DNA of 64,000 bases. Origin: a virus. Lineage: Duplodnaviria > Caudoviricetes. The DNA lies in IMG/VR virus record IMGVR_UViG_3300025073_000989. One strand, written 5' to 3'. Shown one piece after another: positions 28,794 through 37,838 of this stretch. The first letter of the stretch is position 1. Each line of letters starts with the position of its first letter. Under the pieces are notes generated by a model. The model searched no databases and was not told the DNA's origin. It saw only the letters and a list, made by a program, of their open reading frames with translations. The position numbers were made by a program, and so were the translations under genes.

Positions 28794-29831
28794 ATATCGT
28801 GGTCGAGATAAAAAAATGTCCGTAAAAATAAAAATCGTTATTGTAGTACAAAGCATTTTTGCTAATTCTTAAATAAATTTCATTGAGACAGGCTACAGGT
28901 CAAACAAAAACCGTAAGCACAAGTAAATACAATAAGAGTTTAATATTTTTCTAAAACTTATATGTATAAAAGTTTATTTAAGGTTAACATACACCAAACA
29001 GTTTATAGTGTTAGAAAAATCCAGTAGTTTTTTCAAACTCGAACACATTTTTCTGAATATAAACCGTATTATTTTAAATTGCTATAAAGCCTTTTTGGCA
29101 TGCATAGAATTTTAAACAAATAATACAGGGATTACTAGTTCAATAAACAACGAAAAGAATTCAATGATGTAGCATAGAATAGGCATAATGCAATTATTTA
29201 ATACTGACACAACCAGGTTTAGCTGAATTTTCCATCAAACAAAACAATTCAGTAAAGCTATCGGAAGATAGTTATAGCAATCAGTCGGCTGTAAGTTACA
29301 AAAAAAGACTGAGTCAGGGCATATTAAGTTTAAAATCTTTCTTAATATAAAAAAATCTTGACAGCAAGTAAAAAAAATTAACTACTAAAGTCAAATTAAA
29401 TAATTAAAGAAAGTTCGAATCTTTCTCTTCAGATACGCAATTAACTTAAACGTGTTTATTGAGAACTGTTTGGAGTATAGTACAAACACCCTCACTTGGG
29501 TGGTTTACTATACTTTAAATCCAATTTTTGTTGGTTATATTACTTAAGAGTTCTGTAGACGAGACAGGTAGATATTAGCGGAATTCCTATAGTGTATATC
29601 TACATATAACTAACAAAGTTATAATAATACCATTCTGCATAGTTAGTCCTTCCTTCAAAATTATTAACTATAGAGTGGATTTAAACTGGATAGTTTATCC
29701 AGTACATAAACCCAGAGAGCTTGTAGTTTTCACACACAACGGTAACTTTCTCATTCATGAGAACGGATTTAAGCTACATCCGATAAAGAGCTCTCTATTT
29801 CTTTAATATTAAATTTAAGGGTAATAAAATA
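28794..29831. ncRNA. About 1 kb ORF-free region rich in stem-loops; candidate structured RNA or control region
   Basis: No ORF of 60 aa or more in the track; many helices listed in findings; family not recognised. Confidence 0.35.
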
Positions 29832-30218
29832 ATGGGATTAGAATTTTCTATTGACGAAGACGATGAGCTTGATAACAACGAAAACGAATATCTAGTTGAT
29901 GAATCGGAGTCAGAAGTTGACTACGATAATGATGATGTAGATAATATAAATACAGATATGTACTCTAATCTAAACACAGAAAAATCACTAACAGATATAT
30001 TTGATAACGATGGTTCACTTTTTACATCAGTACAATTAGGATTAGCTTTAGGCTTGGCAGAAGAACTAGCACAAGACCAAGAAGATAGATATAGGCACAT
30101 AGATACATTGAGTAAACGCAGTATTAAAGCAAGACAGTTGGATTTGGTTTCTATTAAAAAAGAAGACAGACCCACAAGAAAATTTGAAGCATACGTAAAT
30201 AACCTGTTAAATCACTAA
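29832..30218 (+). CDS. Highly acidic hypothetical protein
   Basis: D/E-rich N-terminal half; AAGGG RBS. Confidence 0.6.
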   Translation: MGLEFSIDEDDELDNNENEYLVDESESEVDYDNDDVDNINTDMYSNLNTEKSLTDIFDNDGSLFTSVQLGLALGLAEELAQDQEDRYRHIDTLSKRSIKARQLDLVSIKKEDRPTRKFEAYVNNLLNH

Positions 30219-30232
30219 TATGGATTCTAAAA

Positions 30233-30967
30233 ATGATATTCATAACTGGTAAAAAAGGGACCAAAGCCAAACTGACTATTTCTAGAAAAGCAGAAATACC
30301 GTTATATAAAAAAAGAAAACTTGATGCCATCTTAATAAACTACGGTTCTCCTAATTTAGACAGGTGTATAAACGGAAACAATAAATTAGTAATTCTAAAT
30401 AGACATGTTTCAAAAACCAAATATGCTGTTATAAAAGAAGCTGAAGCTGCTGGTATTCTAGTTCCGGAAAGCAGAATACAATTACTTAGAAATGCAAATC
30501 TAGATGATTGGATCGAAAAAAAACATCACTCTATAGGTGGAGTAGGTATCATTAAGGCTAGAAAACATACAAAAATAAACGGAAAATATTATCAACGGTT
30601 TATAAAAGATAGATTATATGAATTAAGGGTACATGCTTTTGCTTGGACTAAGAATTGGTATGTACAAAAAAGACTAGGAAGTAAAAAGGAAATAGCCTGG
30701 AATTATAGTAACGGTGGTAAATTTCAAAATGTACAAAATAAAATTGGGGTCTTTAAGGAAGCCATAGAAATAGCCAAAAAAGTATTGAAACTAAGAAATA
30801 TGGCTTTCGGTGCCTTAGATTTTATTGTCGATAAGAACTTAAATATCTACTTTATAGAAGTAAATTCAGCTCCAGGCTTTACAGAATTTAGTGAACATAT
30901 ATACATAGAGGCATTTAAAGCGTTAAAGCAATTAAATAAAAAAGAATTATTAAAATTAGCTTCCTAA
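30233..30967 (+). CDS. ATP-grasp ligase, copy 2
   Basis: HSIGGVGI, ELRVHAF, AFGALDF, FIEVNSAPG. Confidence 0.8.
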   Translation: MIFITGKKGTKAKLTISRKAEIPLYKKRKLDAILINYGSPNLDRCINGNNKLVILNRHVSKTKYAVIKEAEAAGILVPESRIQLLRNANLDDWIEKKHHSIGGVGIIKARKHTKINGKYYQRFIKDRLYELRVHAFAWTKNWYVQKRLGSKKEIAWNYSNGGKFQNVQNKIGVFKEAIEIAKKVLKLRNMAFGALDFIVDKNLNIYFIEVNSAPGFTEFSEHIYIEAFKALKQLNKKELLKLAS

Positions 30968-31237
30968 GAGCTAACAATGTAGTACCCCAAAGGCGAAGGT
31001 ATTTATATTTGTATATAAATACTGTTGATTCTTTTGGACTGTATTGGTTCAGTAGCAGTGTTACATACTATTGTTCCAAGGACGAGTGGGTAGGGGCGGG
31101 CATAGGAAGAATATAATAATTTTAGAAAAAGCAATAAGTAAATTGTGCGTAAAAAACAAGCTTCTTACAAAGCTTTAAGTATACTATATCAATTTCAAAT
31201 AGCGACAAAACTAACTTTATTATATGCTTCGGCTAAT

Positions 31238-31283
31238 AGTACGGTAGAAATTCTACACATTGATGGAAAATTTCTACCGTACT
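31238..31283. other. Perfect 15-bp inverted repeat
   Basis: AGTACGGTAGAAATT ...16 nt... AATTTCTACCGTACT upstream of the zinc-ribbon gene. Confidence 0.75.
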
Positions 31284-31327
31284 TTAGCAATTTCAGTTGT
31301 AAACTAACGTAAAGGGATTTTAAAAAA

Positions 31328-31510
31328 ATGCCAATTTATGAGTACAAATGTGAAAGTTGTAATAACGTTTTTGAATGTAAATTTAGTATAAAAAGTGATT
31401 CAGCTACAACAATCTGCACAAAATGCAAAGGAATTGGAAAAAAAATACCGTCATTAGCTGCATTTCATTTAAAGGGAAAAGGTTGGTATAAAGAACCACC
31501 AGCTAAATAG
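31328..31510 (+). CDS. FmdB-family zinc-ribbon protein
   Basis: MPIYEYKCESC..CTKC..FHLKGKGWY. Confidence 0.85.
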   Translation: MPIYEYKCESCNNVFECKFSIKSDSATTICTKCKGIGKKIPSLAAFHLKGKGWYKEPPAK

Positions 31511-31515
31511 TTATT

Positions 31516-31800
31516 TTAGCTAAAACTAACCACTTCTTCTTTTTTATTTAGAAAACCATAAAATACTGGGAAAAACCCCAAAAAAGAGAGAGCTATTAGG
31601 TATTCAACTCCTTTAATATGAGTATAAAAATCTGAAAAAGTATTAAAATCTCTAATAAGACCAATAGACACTAGATATTGTCTTATAAACTCAGACATAC
31701 TCCAGTCAACCACGGCCAATCCAGACAGGATTGATGTAGCTGCCCATATACCTGCGATACTTCCAACAAAAATAGAACTATTAGTAAGTAATTTCTTCAT
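31516..31800 (-). CDS. Small membrane protein (third of a three-gene inverted block)
   Basis: Two hydrophobic helices; IAGIWAA motif; FYTHIKGVEYLI segment. Confidence 0.7.
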   Translation of the reverse strand: MKKLLTNSSIFVGSIAGIWAATSILSGLAVVDWSMSEFIRQYLVSIGLIRDFNTFSDFYTHIKGVEYLIALSFLGFFPVFYGFLNKKEEVVSFS

Positions 31801-31812
31801 TTCATTACCCCC

Positions 31813-32025
31813 TTACATTCCAGTAAAAGCTGTTATTAAATTTTTAGATATATTTTCTGACATTACTAAACCATTAATTAAACAAACAACTCCCCAAGCC
31901 CCAACAAGAGTAGACAGGGCCATAATAATTCTAATTCCAAATGTCGAGTTACCGACATCAAAAGTTATATTTTCTCGTTCTAAGGTAGAACTACAATTAA
32001 TAACAGCTTTAGTAATTTCATACAT
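31813..32025 (-). CDS. Small membrane protein (second of block)
   Basis: GGAGG RBS before MYEITK; LVGAWGVVCLINGL; ends ITAFTGM. Confidence 0.65.
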   Translation of the reverse strand: MYEITKAVINCSSTLERENITFDVGNSTFGIRIIMALSTLVGAWGVVCLINGLVMSENISKNLITAFTGM

Positions 32026-32029
32026 GTTA

Positions 32030-32182
32030 TTAGCCTCCAATGAAATAAGAGATAAGCATTGATACGGCTGCCCAAATTCCAGCTAAAGCCGAGATTGCCA
32101 TTATGGCACCAAAACAAACTTCCGTAACACCAGTTTCTTTTTTTTCTTCTAAAATAATATTTTCAGCAGTTGCAGTCTTCAT
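32030..32182 (-). CDS. 50-aa membrane protein not in the ORF track (first of block)
   Basis: MKTATAENIILEEKKETGVTEVCFGAIMAISALAGIWAAVSMLISYFIGG, GGAGG RBS, shares the LAGIWAA motif. Confidence 0.7.
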   Translation of the reverse strand: MKTATAENIILEEKKETGVTEVCFGAIMAISALAGIWAAVSMLISYFIGG

Positions 32183-32222
32183 AAAGAGATCCTCCAATAT
32201 TGATTAATCTTACTTAAATATA

Positions 32223-32238
32223 AGCAAAGAACGTGCCA
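32223..32238 (-). promoter_or_regulatory. Sigma54 (RpoN) -24/-12 promoter
   Basis: Minus strand reads TGGCACGTTCTTTGCT = TGGCAC-N5-TTGCW, about 40 nt upstream of the first gene. Confidence 0.75.
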
Positions 32239-32322
32239 ACGTGAAATAAAAATATAATTACTAATATTTATTGATATATATATATCTATATACTAATTAT
32301 AATATAAAATGTAAAAAATTAA

Positions 32323-32371
32323 ACTACATAAATGTAACTACATAAATGTAGTTTTACCACACAAATGTAGT
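32323..32371. promoter_or_regulatory. Three repeats of an ACTACA-N4-TGTAGT palindrome; candidate enhancer (UAS)
   Basis: actacataaatgta, actacataaatgtagt, accacacaaatgtagt, about 85-135 bp upstream of the -24 element across an AT-rich spacer. Confidence 0.55.
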
Positions 32372-32399
32372 AAAAAATCGGTACTAAGAAGAGGGTTTT

Positions 32400-32579
32400 A
32401 TGGAAAAGATTAAATATGTATGTTCAAAATGTAAATCAGAAAATATAGGCTGGGATGCTTGGGCTAAGTGGAACATAGAAAAACAAAAAGAAGAAATTAG
32501 AAATGTCTTTGACCAAGCATATCGTTTTAGTTGCGACGGGGAAACTAAACTAGAAAAGAAGGAAATAAATCATGAATAA
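32400..32579 (+). CDS. 59-aa hypothetical protein not in the ORF track
   Basis: MEKIKYVCSKCKSENIGWDAWAKWN..., GAGGG RBS, overlaps the next start. Confidence 0.6.
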   Translation: MEKIKYVCSKCKSENIGWDAWAKWNIEKQKEEIRNVFDQAYRFSCDGETKLEKKEINHE

Positions 32580-33147
32580 ACAAATTCTCATTGTAAATAT
32601 TCATTCAATATTAGATATAATAACCAACTCAAGCAGTGAGTTGTTTGTTTGCGACACAAAAAAGAGCCTAAAATTCATTAAACAGTTTTTAATGGATGCA
32701 TTGGCTTTATATTGTAGAGGCATAGAACAACCTAGAGAATTTGAAGATTGTTTTGGTGATATATATAAAATTACAGAAAAAAACGTAGACGAAGTTATTA
32801 ATATAGCTGTAGTAGACTATTTATACTATCATTGGCGTTGGCATGCTCTAGGTATAGCACTACTAAAGGGTGCTTATGATTTTGAACAAGAGTATAAAAC
32901 AAAATACAATTTAGTTGAAAGATATCCATACGCAGAAAGTGAACAGCACAACGATAGGATTAGAAAAAAAGTAAAAACAGCATACAAAGTCTATTTAAGA
33001 GATTGGAAAATAAATAATCTAGACAAACTTAGAAAACAACTTATAGGATCAATATTAATCCCTAGCCGTAAGACTAACAGTATTCCATATCCGCTTTTTA
33101 ATTTAATAGAGACGGTTTTTAATGCAGGTAGAGTACACTTAGGTTAA
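32572..33147 (+). CDS. Hypothetical protein with DIITNSSSELFV motif, radical SAM neighbour
   Basis: N-terminal HSILDIITNSSSELFVC; directly upstream of the radical SAM gene. Confidence 0.6.
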   Translation: MNKQILIVNIHSILDIITNSSSELFVCDTKKSLKFIKQFLMDALALYCRGIEQPREFEDCFGDIYKITEKNVDEVINIAVVDYLYYHWRWHALGIALLKGAYDFEQEYKTKYNLVERYPYAESEQHNDRIRKKVKTAYKVYLRDWKINNLDKLRKQLIGSILIPSRKTNSIPYPLFNLIETVFNAGRVHLG

Positions 33148-33150
33148 AAA

Positions 33151-34035
33151 ATGATAAACTATAGAATAAGAGAGTTCAAAGAACACAACTATAAAGCTAT
33201 TTTTAATAGTAAAACTGGACAAACTATGAGGATAGCGATTGACCCAACTAAACCTATTACTAGACTTAAATGGCCAGAAATAGTAGATATAAGTTTAGGA
33301 ACAAAGTGCTTTGGTAATTGCCCGTATTGCTACACCAGTGCAACTAGTAATGGTATTTTGTACGATGATGTTATTTTTAAAATAGATGGTTGGTTTGGGC
33401 ATATGGATACAAATGAACGTCCGTTTCAAGTTGCACTTGGCGGAGGAGGAGAGCCAACACTACATCCTGATTTTTGTAAAGTGCTGAGGATCTTCAAAGA
33501 ATTACTGATAGTACCAAACTATACCACTAATACCATGCATTTAACCGAAGAAATTATCAATACAACCAAAGAAGTTTGTGGGGGCGTAGCGATATCATGC
33601 CACCCACACTTAGAGAATGTGTGGAGAAGAGGAATAAAGCTTCTTACTGAATCAGGAATAAGAACTAATCTACACATAATGGTAGGAGAACCGTACAGTA
33701 CTGAAAGGTTTTGGAGATTATTTAGTGAATATAGTAGTTTAATCGACTATTTTGTACTTTTACCATATCAAAGTATGGGCCGAGCAAAACAAGTTAACAC
33801 AGAAGCAGAGCTAACCAAGCTATTTGACTCTTTTTTAAGTAATCTTCCAGAAAACGTGGCTTTTGGTGCTTTGTTGTACCCGTTTTTATTATCAACAGAA
33901 AATAAATATAAAAAACTTAATATATCATTATATGAACCAGAGATCGTTAGCAGCTATCTTATGTTAGATAACGACATTTGCTTTAGGAAATCTTCATTTG
34001 ATTTAGAAAGGTTATGGAAGGAAGGAGAACAGTAA
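33151..34035 (+). CDS. Radical SAM enzyme
   Basis: CFGNCPYC (CxxxCxxC), QVALGGGGEPTLHP, VPNYTTN. Confidence 0.9.
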   Translation: MINYRIREFKEHNYKAIFNSKTGQTMRIAIDPTKPITRLKWPEIVDISLGTKCFGNCPYCYTSATSNGILYDDVIFKIDGWFGHMDTNERPFQVALGGGGEPTLHPDFCKVLRIFKELLIVPNYTTNTMHLTEEIINTTKEVCGGVAISCHPHLENVWRRGIKLLTESGIRTNLHIMVGEPYSTERFWRLFSEYSSLIDYFVLLPYQSMGRAKQVNTEAELTKLFDSFLSNLPENVAFGALLYPFLLSTENKYKKLNISLYEPEIVSSYLMLDNDICFRKSSFDLERLWKEGEQ

Positions 34036-34036
34036 C

Positions 34037-34378
34037 ATGGAAAACTTTGAAACAATATATATATCCCCGGACGAATTAGAAAGTATTAGTTTTAATAATA
34101 AACAAAAAAAAGAAATAGCAAAACCAAAGAATTTAAAATGTGATGGAATAGACTTATGGCAGACTCCAACATATATAACCTATATGTGTTATTCTAACGG
34201 CGATGGAGGTAGTAAAGGAATACTATATAGATACATGGAATGGGTAAAATCATTTCTAAATAGGGCATGGAGTACGGAAGAAGGAAAAAATAGAGATCAG
34301 TTGCCGGCAAAAAAACATTTAGCTGAACTTAATAAATGGTTATCCCGCACTGAAGAATTACATTTTTATATAATGTAG
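34037..34378 (+). CDS. Hypothetical protein
   Basis: 113 aa operonic ORF. Confidence 0.55.
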   Translation: MENFETIYISPDELESISFNNKQKKEIAKPKNLKCDGIDLWQTPTYITYMCYSNGDGGSKGILYRYMEWVKSFLNRAWSTEEGKNRDQLPAKKHLAELNKWLSRTEELHFYIM

Positions 34379-34393
34379 AGCGAGGACTAAGCA

Positions 34394-35680
34394 ATGTATA
34401 AAGCTATAGTTTGTAGTATAAAGACAATGCAGCACCCAAATGCCATCAACATCCAGCTAGGTTTAGCCGGTAACTACCAAGTAGTAATTGGAAAAAATGT
34501 AGTCGATGGTGAGTTAGGTGTTTATTTTGGATCCGATGGGCAATTAAGTGAAGCTTTTGCGTTAGCAAATGATTTAGTAGAGCGTGTTGATGAGAATGGT
34601 AAAAGGGCTGGCGGCTACTTTGGAAAAACAAGGAGAGTAAAAGCTCAGCACTTTAGAGGAGAAAAATCAGAAGGATTTTGGTGTCCTATTTCATATTTTG
34701 CTTTTACTGGTTATGATCTTACTACTTTAAAAGAAGGCGACCAGTTTGATTCCCTTAATGATGTTCCTATCTGTAATAAATATTTTACGTCGGCGACAAT
34801 TCGTGCTATGGGCAATAAGGCTGGTAAACTGAGAAAGAAAAATCCATATTTTCTAGAACACACCGAAACTAAACAACTTAAGCATGAAATTAGACACATT
34901 CCAGTCGGAGTGCAGCTGTCAATAAGTGAAAAAGTACATGGAACCAGTCAACGTAGTGCAAATGTTCCGGACGAAAAAGAAATAAAGTTAAATACTTTTC
35001 AACGAATTTGTAGATTTCTGGCAGGAGAAGGTTTTTCTGACACACGGATTGAATCCAAGTTTGGTACTTTTCTAGGTACTAGAAAATGTGTTTTAAAAAG
35101 CTTGGATCATCCGTCATATTATGAAAACGAAACTTTTCGTGTAAACGCTGCTCGGCCATTTGAAGGCAAACTTCGCAAATGGGAGGAGATTTTTTATGAG
35201 GTAGTTGGTTTTACAACCACTGGTAAAGAAATAATGACTCCACAAGCCACAGAGAAGCTCAAGGATAAACGATTGAGTAAACAGTATGGCTCCCATATGG
35301 TTTATAAGTATGGCTGCTTACAGGGCACGTGTGACGTTTATGTATATCGTATAGCAATAATTAATGGTGATGGTATTGCGTTTGATTTACCTCTTGAGCA
35401 AGTAAAAGAAAGATGCAAAGAACTTGGGGTTAAATATGTCCCTGAATTATATGAACAGTTTATCTACGACGGCGATTCAGAAAAGCTACTCAACTTTGTA
35501 ACCCCACTTATGGAAGGCTCAAGTACGATAGACCAATCCCACATAAGAGAAGGCTGTGTGGTAAGGGTAGAACACTCAGGCGGAGTAGATTTTTATAAAG
35601 CCAAATCACATACTTTCGGTTTATTAGAGGGTTATGCTAAGGAAGACGAAAGCTTCGTAGACACTGAGGAGATAGCATAA
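34394..35680 (+). CDS. ATP-dependent RNA ligase, DRB0094/Rnl2-like, with N-terminal OB-like domain
   Basis: HPNAINIQLG..VVIG N-terminus; motif I SEKVHGTS; IFYEVVG; REGCVVR; FYKAKS. Confidence 0.75.
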   Translation: MYKAIVCSIKTMQHPNAINIQLGLAGNYQVVIGKNVVDGELGVYFGSDGQLSEAFALANDLVERVDENGKRAGGYFGKTRRVKAQHFRGEKSEGFWCPISYFAFTGYDLTTLKEGDQFDSLNDVPICNKYFTSATIRAMGNKAGKLRKKNPYFLEHTETKQLKHEIRHIPVGVQLSISEKVHGTSQRSANVPDEKEIKLNTFQRICRFLAGEGFSDTRIESKFGTFLGTRKCVLKSLDHPSYYENETFRVNAARPFEGKLRKWEEIFYEVVGFTTTGKEIMTPQATEKLKDKRLSKQYGSHMVYKYGCLQGTCDVYVYRIAIINGDGIAFDLPLEQVKERCKELGVKYVPELYEQFIYDGDSEKLLNFVTPLMEGSSTIDQSHIREGCVVRVEHSGGVDFYKAKSHTFGLLEGYAKEDESFVDTEEIA

Positions 35681-36009
35681 TGACAATATTAGATAAAGTA
35701 CTTCCATTTCTTACTGGAGTTAAACCAAACTATACTGAAATTATAAAGATTGGAAAAAAAGACTATACTAAAATTAACTGTGCAACAATATACATACAAT
35801 TATCTTATGGTGAGCCTTATATCCTGTTTAATAAAAACATAACCACAAAAGAAGAATTACTCAAAGCATGGGTAGAATTTTATAAATGGTGGTTTGAAGA
35901 AAATTCTCCTCAGTATATGTTTAAGTACAAAGACGGAGAAACTATGGTTTTAAGAAGTGCTATTATTTCTTTTACAATAAAATTAGAAGATCACTTAGTA
36001 GAGGTTTAG
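35680..36009 (+). CDS. Hypothetical protein
   Basis: 109 aa operonic ORF. Confidence 0.5.
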   Translation: MTILDKVLPFLTGVKPNYTEIIKIGKKDYTKINCATIYIQLSYGEPYILFNKNITTKEELLKAWVEFYKWWFEENSPQYMFKYKDGETMVLRSAIISFTIKLEDHLVEV

Positions 36010-36011
36010 AT

Positions 36012-36734
36012 ATGTATAATAAACCTTGGCCGTTCAAGGATCGCTGTAATGAATTAGGTGATTTACTTTATTGTCTGTATATTGCTGAAGAACAGCGAAA
36101 GGAAAAGGGCGAAGACTTTACTGGCATGGGAGATTTAATGCTTGAGTGGGCCAAAAGTAGATTTTATAGTCTTTTAGTTAGAGACCATATTCCTATTTTT
36201 CTTGAAGTTTGGAAAGTATTATCAGAAAAAGGACACACTTCAGAAGAAAACTGCTATACTTTTAATGACTTAGATATGCATATTTGGATAGAGAAAGTTA
36301 AAAACCCAAAAGATAAAAAAGTACTAGTTGGTAGAAATAGTAGCATATGTAGAGATGATAATACATACTTGTATATTCTTTCTAGCGTCTACTATGCTGA
36401 TTTAATGGAATTTAAATGTCGAACTGTTTGGCCCAAACAAAATAAAAATGGCGGTTACAGAGTAACAATAACCGAAAAAAATCCTACAGGGTGGTTTTCT
36501 TGGGGCGATGATAGAGACATAAAAACCCCATCACTTAAAACATACCAAGAACGAGATTTTGAATTTAGTTATGGAGATTGTAGAGATAAAGGCCATATTT
36601 TTTCTTATGAAAATTGTTTCGGTAAACATAACCTTGATAAACCGACTTGGCATGAAAATGAAATTATACATGCATTAAAAGAATTAGTTTATTACCATAA
36701 CACACTCAAAGATTATGAGGGAAATAAAGAATGA
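36012..36734 (+). CDS. Hypothetical protein
   Basis: 240 aa ORF, GAGG RBS. Confidence 0.6.
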   Translation: MYNKPWPFKDRCNELGDLLYCLYIAEEQRKEKGEDFTGMGDLMLEWAKSRFYSLLVRDHIPIFLEVWKVLSEKGHTSEENCYTFNDLDMHIWIEKVKNPKDKKVLVGRNSSICRDDNTYLYILSSVYYADLMEFKCRTVWPKQNKNGGYRVTITEKNPTGWFSWGDDRDIKTPSLKTYQERDFEFSYGDCRDKGHIFSYENCFGKHNLDKPTWHENEIIHALKELVYYHNTLKDYEGNKE

Positions 36735-37017
36735 AATTGAAAAGGAAATTTTGTAAAAAACAAAAGTACAGTTTAAAGCCTGGGAAAGGGACAATAACAC
36801 GGGAACAAGCAAAAGAAGCTTGTAAGATTGTGAAGTAGAAATATGATCACTTACCTAAAAAGATGATTAGAGGTAAAAATATACTAGAAAAAACTAAGTG
36901 GGGATCATATATAGACCCTAATGAAGAAAGTAGCTACGCACAACAAAAGAATGCTTTAAGATATGAACAAGCTATAAAATATGGGTACAAACCTGTAAAA
37001 AATGGATAATAATATAA

Positions 37018-37653
37018 ATGTACTATAAATATCCAAGAACTTTCCACTTACCATGGAGTCCTGGTGCCACCAGTGATGATAAAATATTAAAAGACACAAA
37101 ACATTTTGAAGATCAGTATGTGGTAGTATCGGAAAAGCGTGATGGTGAATGCACTACTATTTATCCAGATAAAGTTCATGCTCGCTCTATAGATTCAAAA
37201 GATCATCCATCTAGACATAGATTAAAACAACTACAAGCTGAAATAGGGCATTTAATCCCTCAAGGTTTTAGAATTTGTGGAGAAAATCTTTTTGCTAAAC
37301 ATTCTATTTATTACACAGATTTAACAAGTTACTTCGAAGTATTTTCTATTTGGGAAGATGATGAGGACGGTAACGTCTGTTTATCTTACGACGAAACTAT
37401 AGAATGGTGTAATCTATTAGGACTTACTCATGTCCCAGTTATTATGCAAGGGCCTTGGGAAGAAATAATGCCTAAACTATTAAATTTACCTCTTAACTTT
37501 TCCAAACAAGAAGGTTATGTTGTAAGAAACTCTTTTCGTTTTATGTATGAATCTTTTCATAAAAACGTGGCCAAGTATGTCCGGTCCTCACATGTTCAAA
37601 CAAGCGACCATTGGATGAATCAACAATTAGTACCTAATAGGCTAAAGAAATGA
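37018..37653 (+). CDS. ATP-dependent RNA ligase (small RNA_ligase family)
   Basis: KYPRTFHLPWSPG, SEKRDGECTT, RICGENL, QEGYVVR, VAKYVR..HVQT. Confidence 0.8.
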   Translation: MYYKYPRTFHLPWSPGATSDDKILKDTKHFEDQYVVVSEKRDGECTTIYPDKVHARSIDSKDHPSRHRLKQLQAEIGHLIPQGFRICGENLFAKHSIYYTDLTSYFEVFSIWEDDEDGNVCLSYDETIEWCNLLGLTHVPVIMQGPWEEIMPKLLNLPLNFSKQEGYVVRNSFRFMYESFHKNVAKYVRSSHVQTSDHWMNQQLVPNRLKK

Positions 37654-37838
37654 AAGAAAAGAAAAAATCAGGAACATATGAAACATGTTCTTTTTGTAAA
37701 GGTACCGGTAAAGTAAGAAAGATAAAAACAATAAGAAAAAAATGTGCGGATTGTCAAGACCATAATCACGGATGTTTTGGTTCAGGCCGAAAAGATGGTT
37801 TAGGAAACCCAGAGTGTTGTATATGTGAGGAATGCTAA
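37650..37838 (+). CDS. Small Cys-rich hypothetical protein
   Basis: CSFCKGTG and CADC, DnaJ-like zinc-finger fragment. Confidence 0.45.
   Translation: MKEKKKSGTYETCSFCKGTGKVRKIKTIRKKCADCQDHNHGCFGSGRKDGLGNPECCICEEC

Noticed and set aside
29350-29440. tRNA or tmRNA gene
   Set aside because: Only the T-arm is present; no complementary acceptor strand, D-arm, anticodon arm or CCA could be built
31086-31106. G-rich tract GTGGGTAGGGGCGGGCATAGG as a G-quadruplex
   Set aside because: Only three full G3 runs; single occurrence with no supporting context
31238-31283. AATTTCTAC resembling the Cas12a repeat
   Set aside because: Single inverted repeat, no spacer-separated direct repeats, no cas genes
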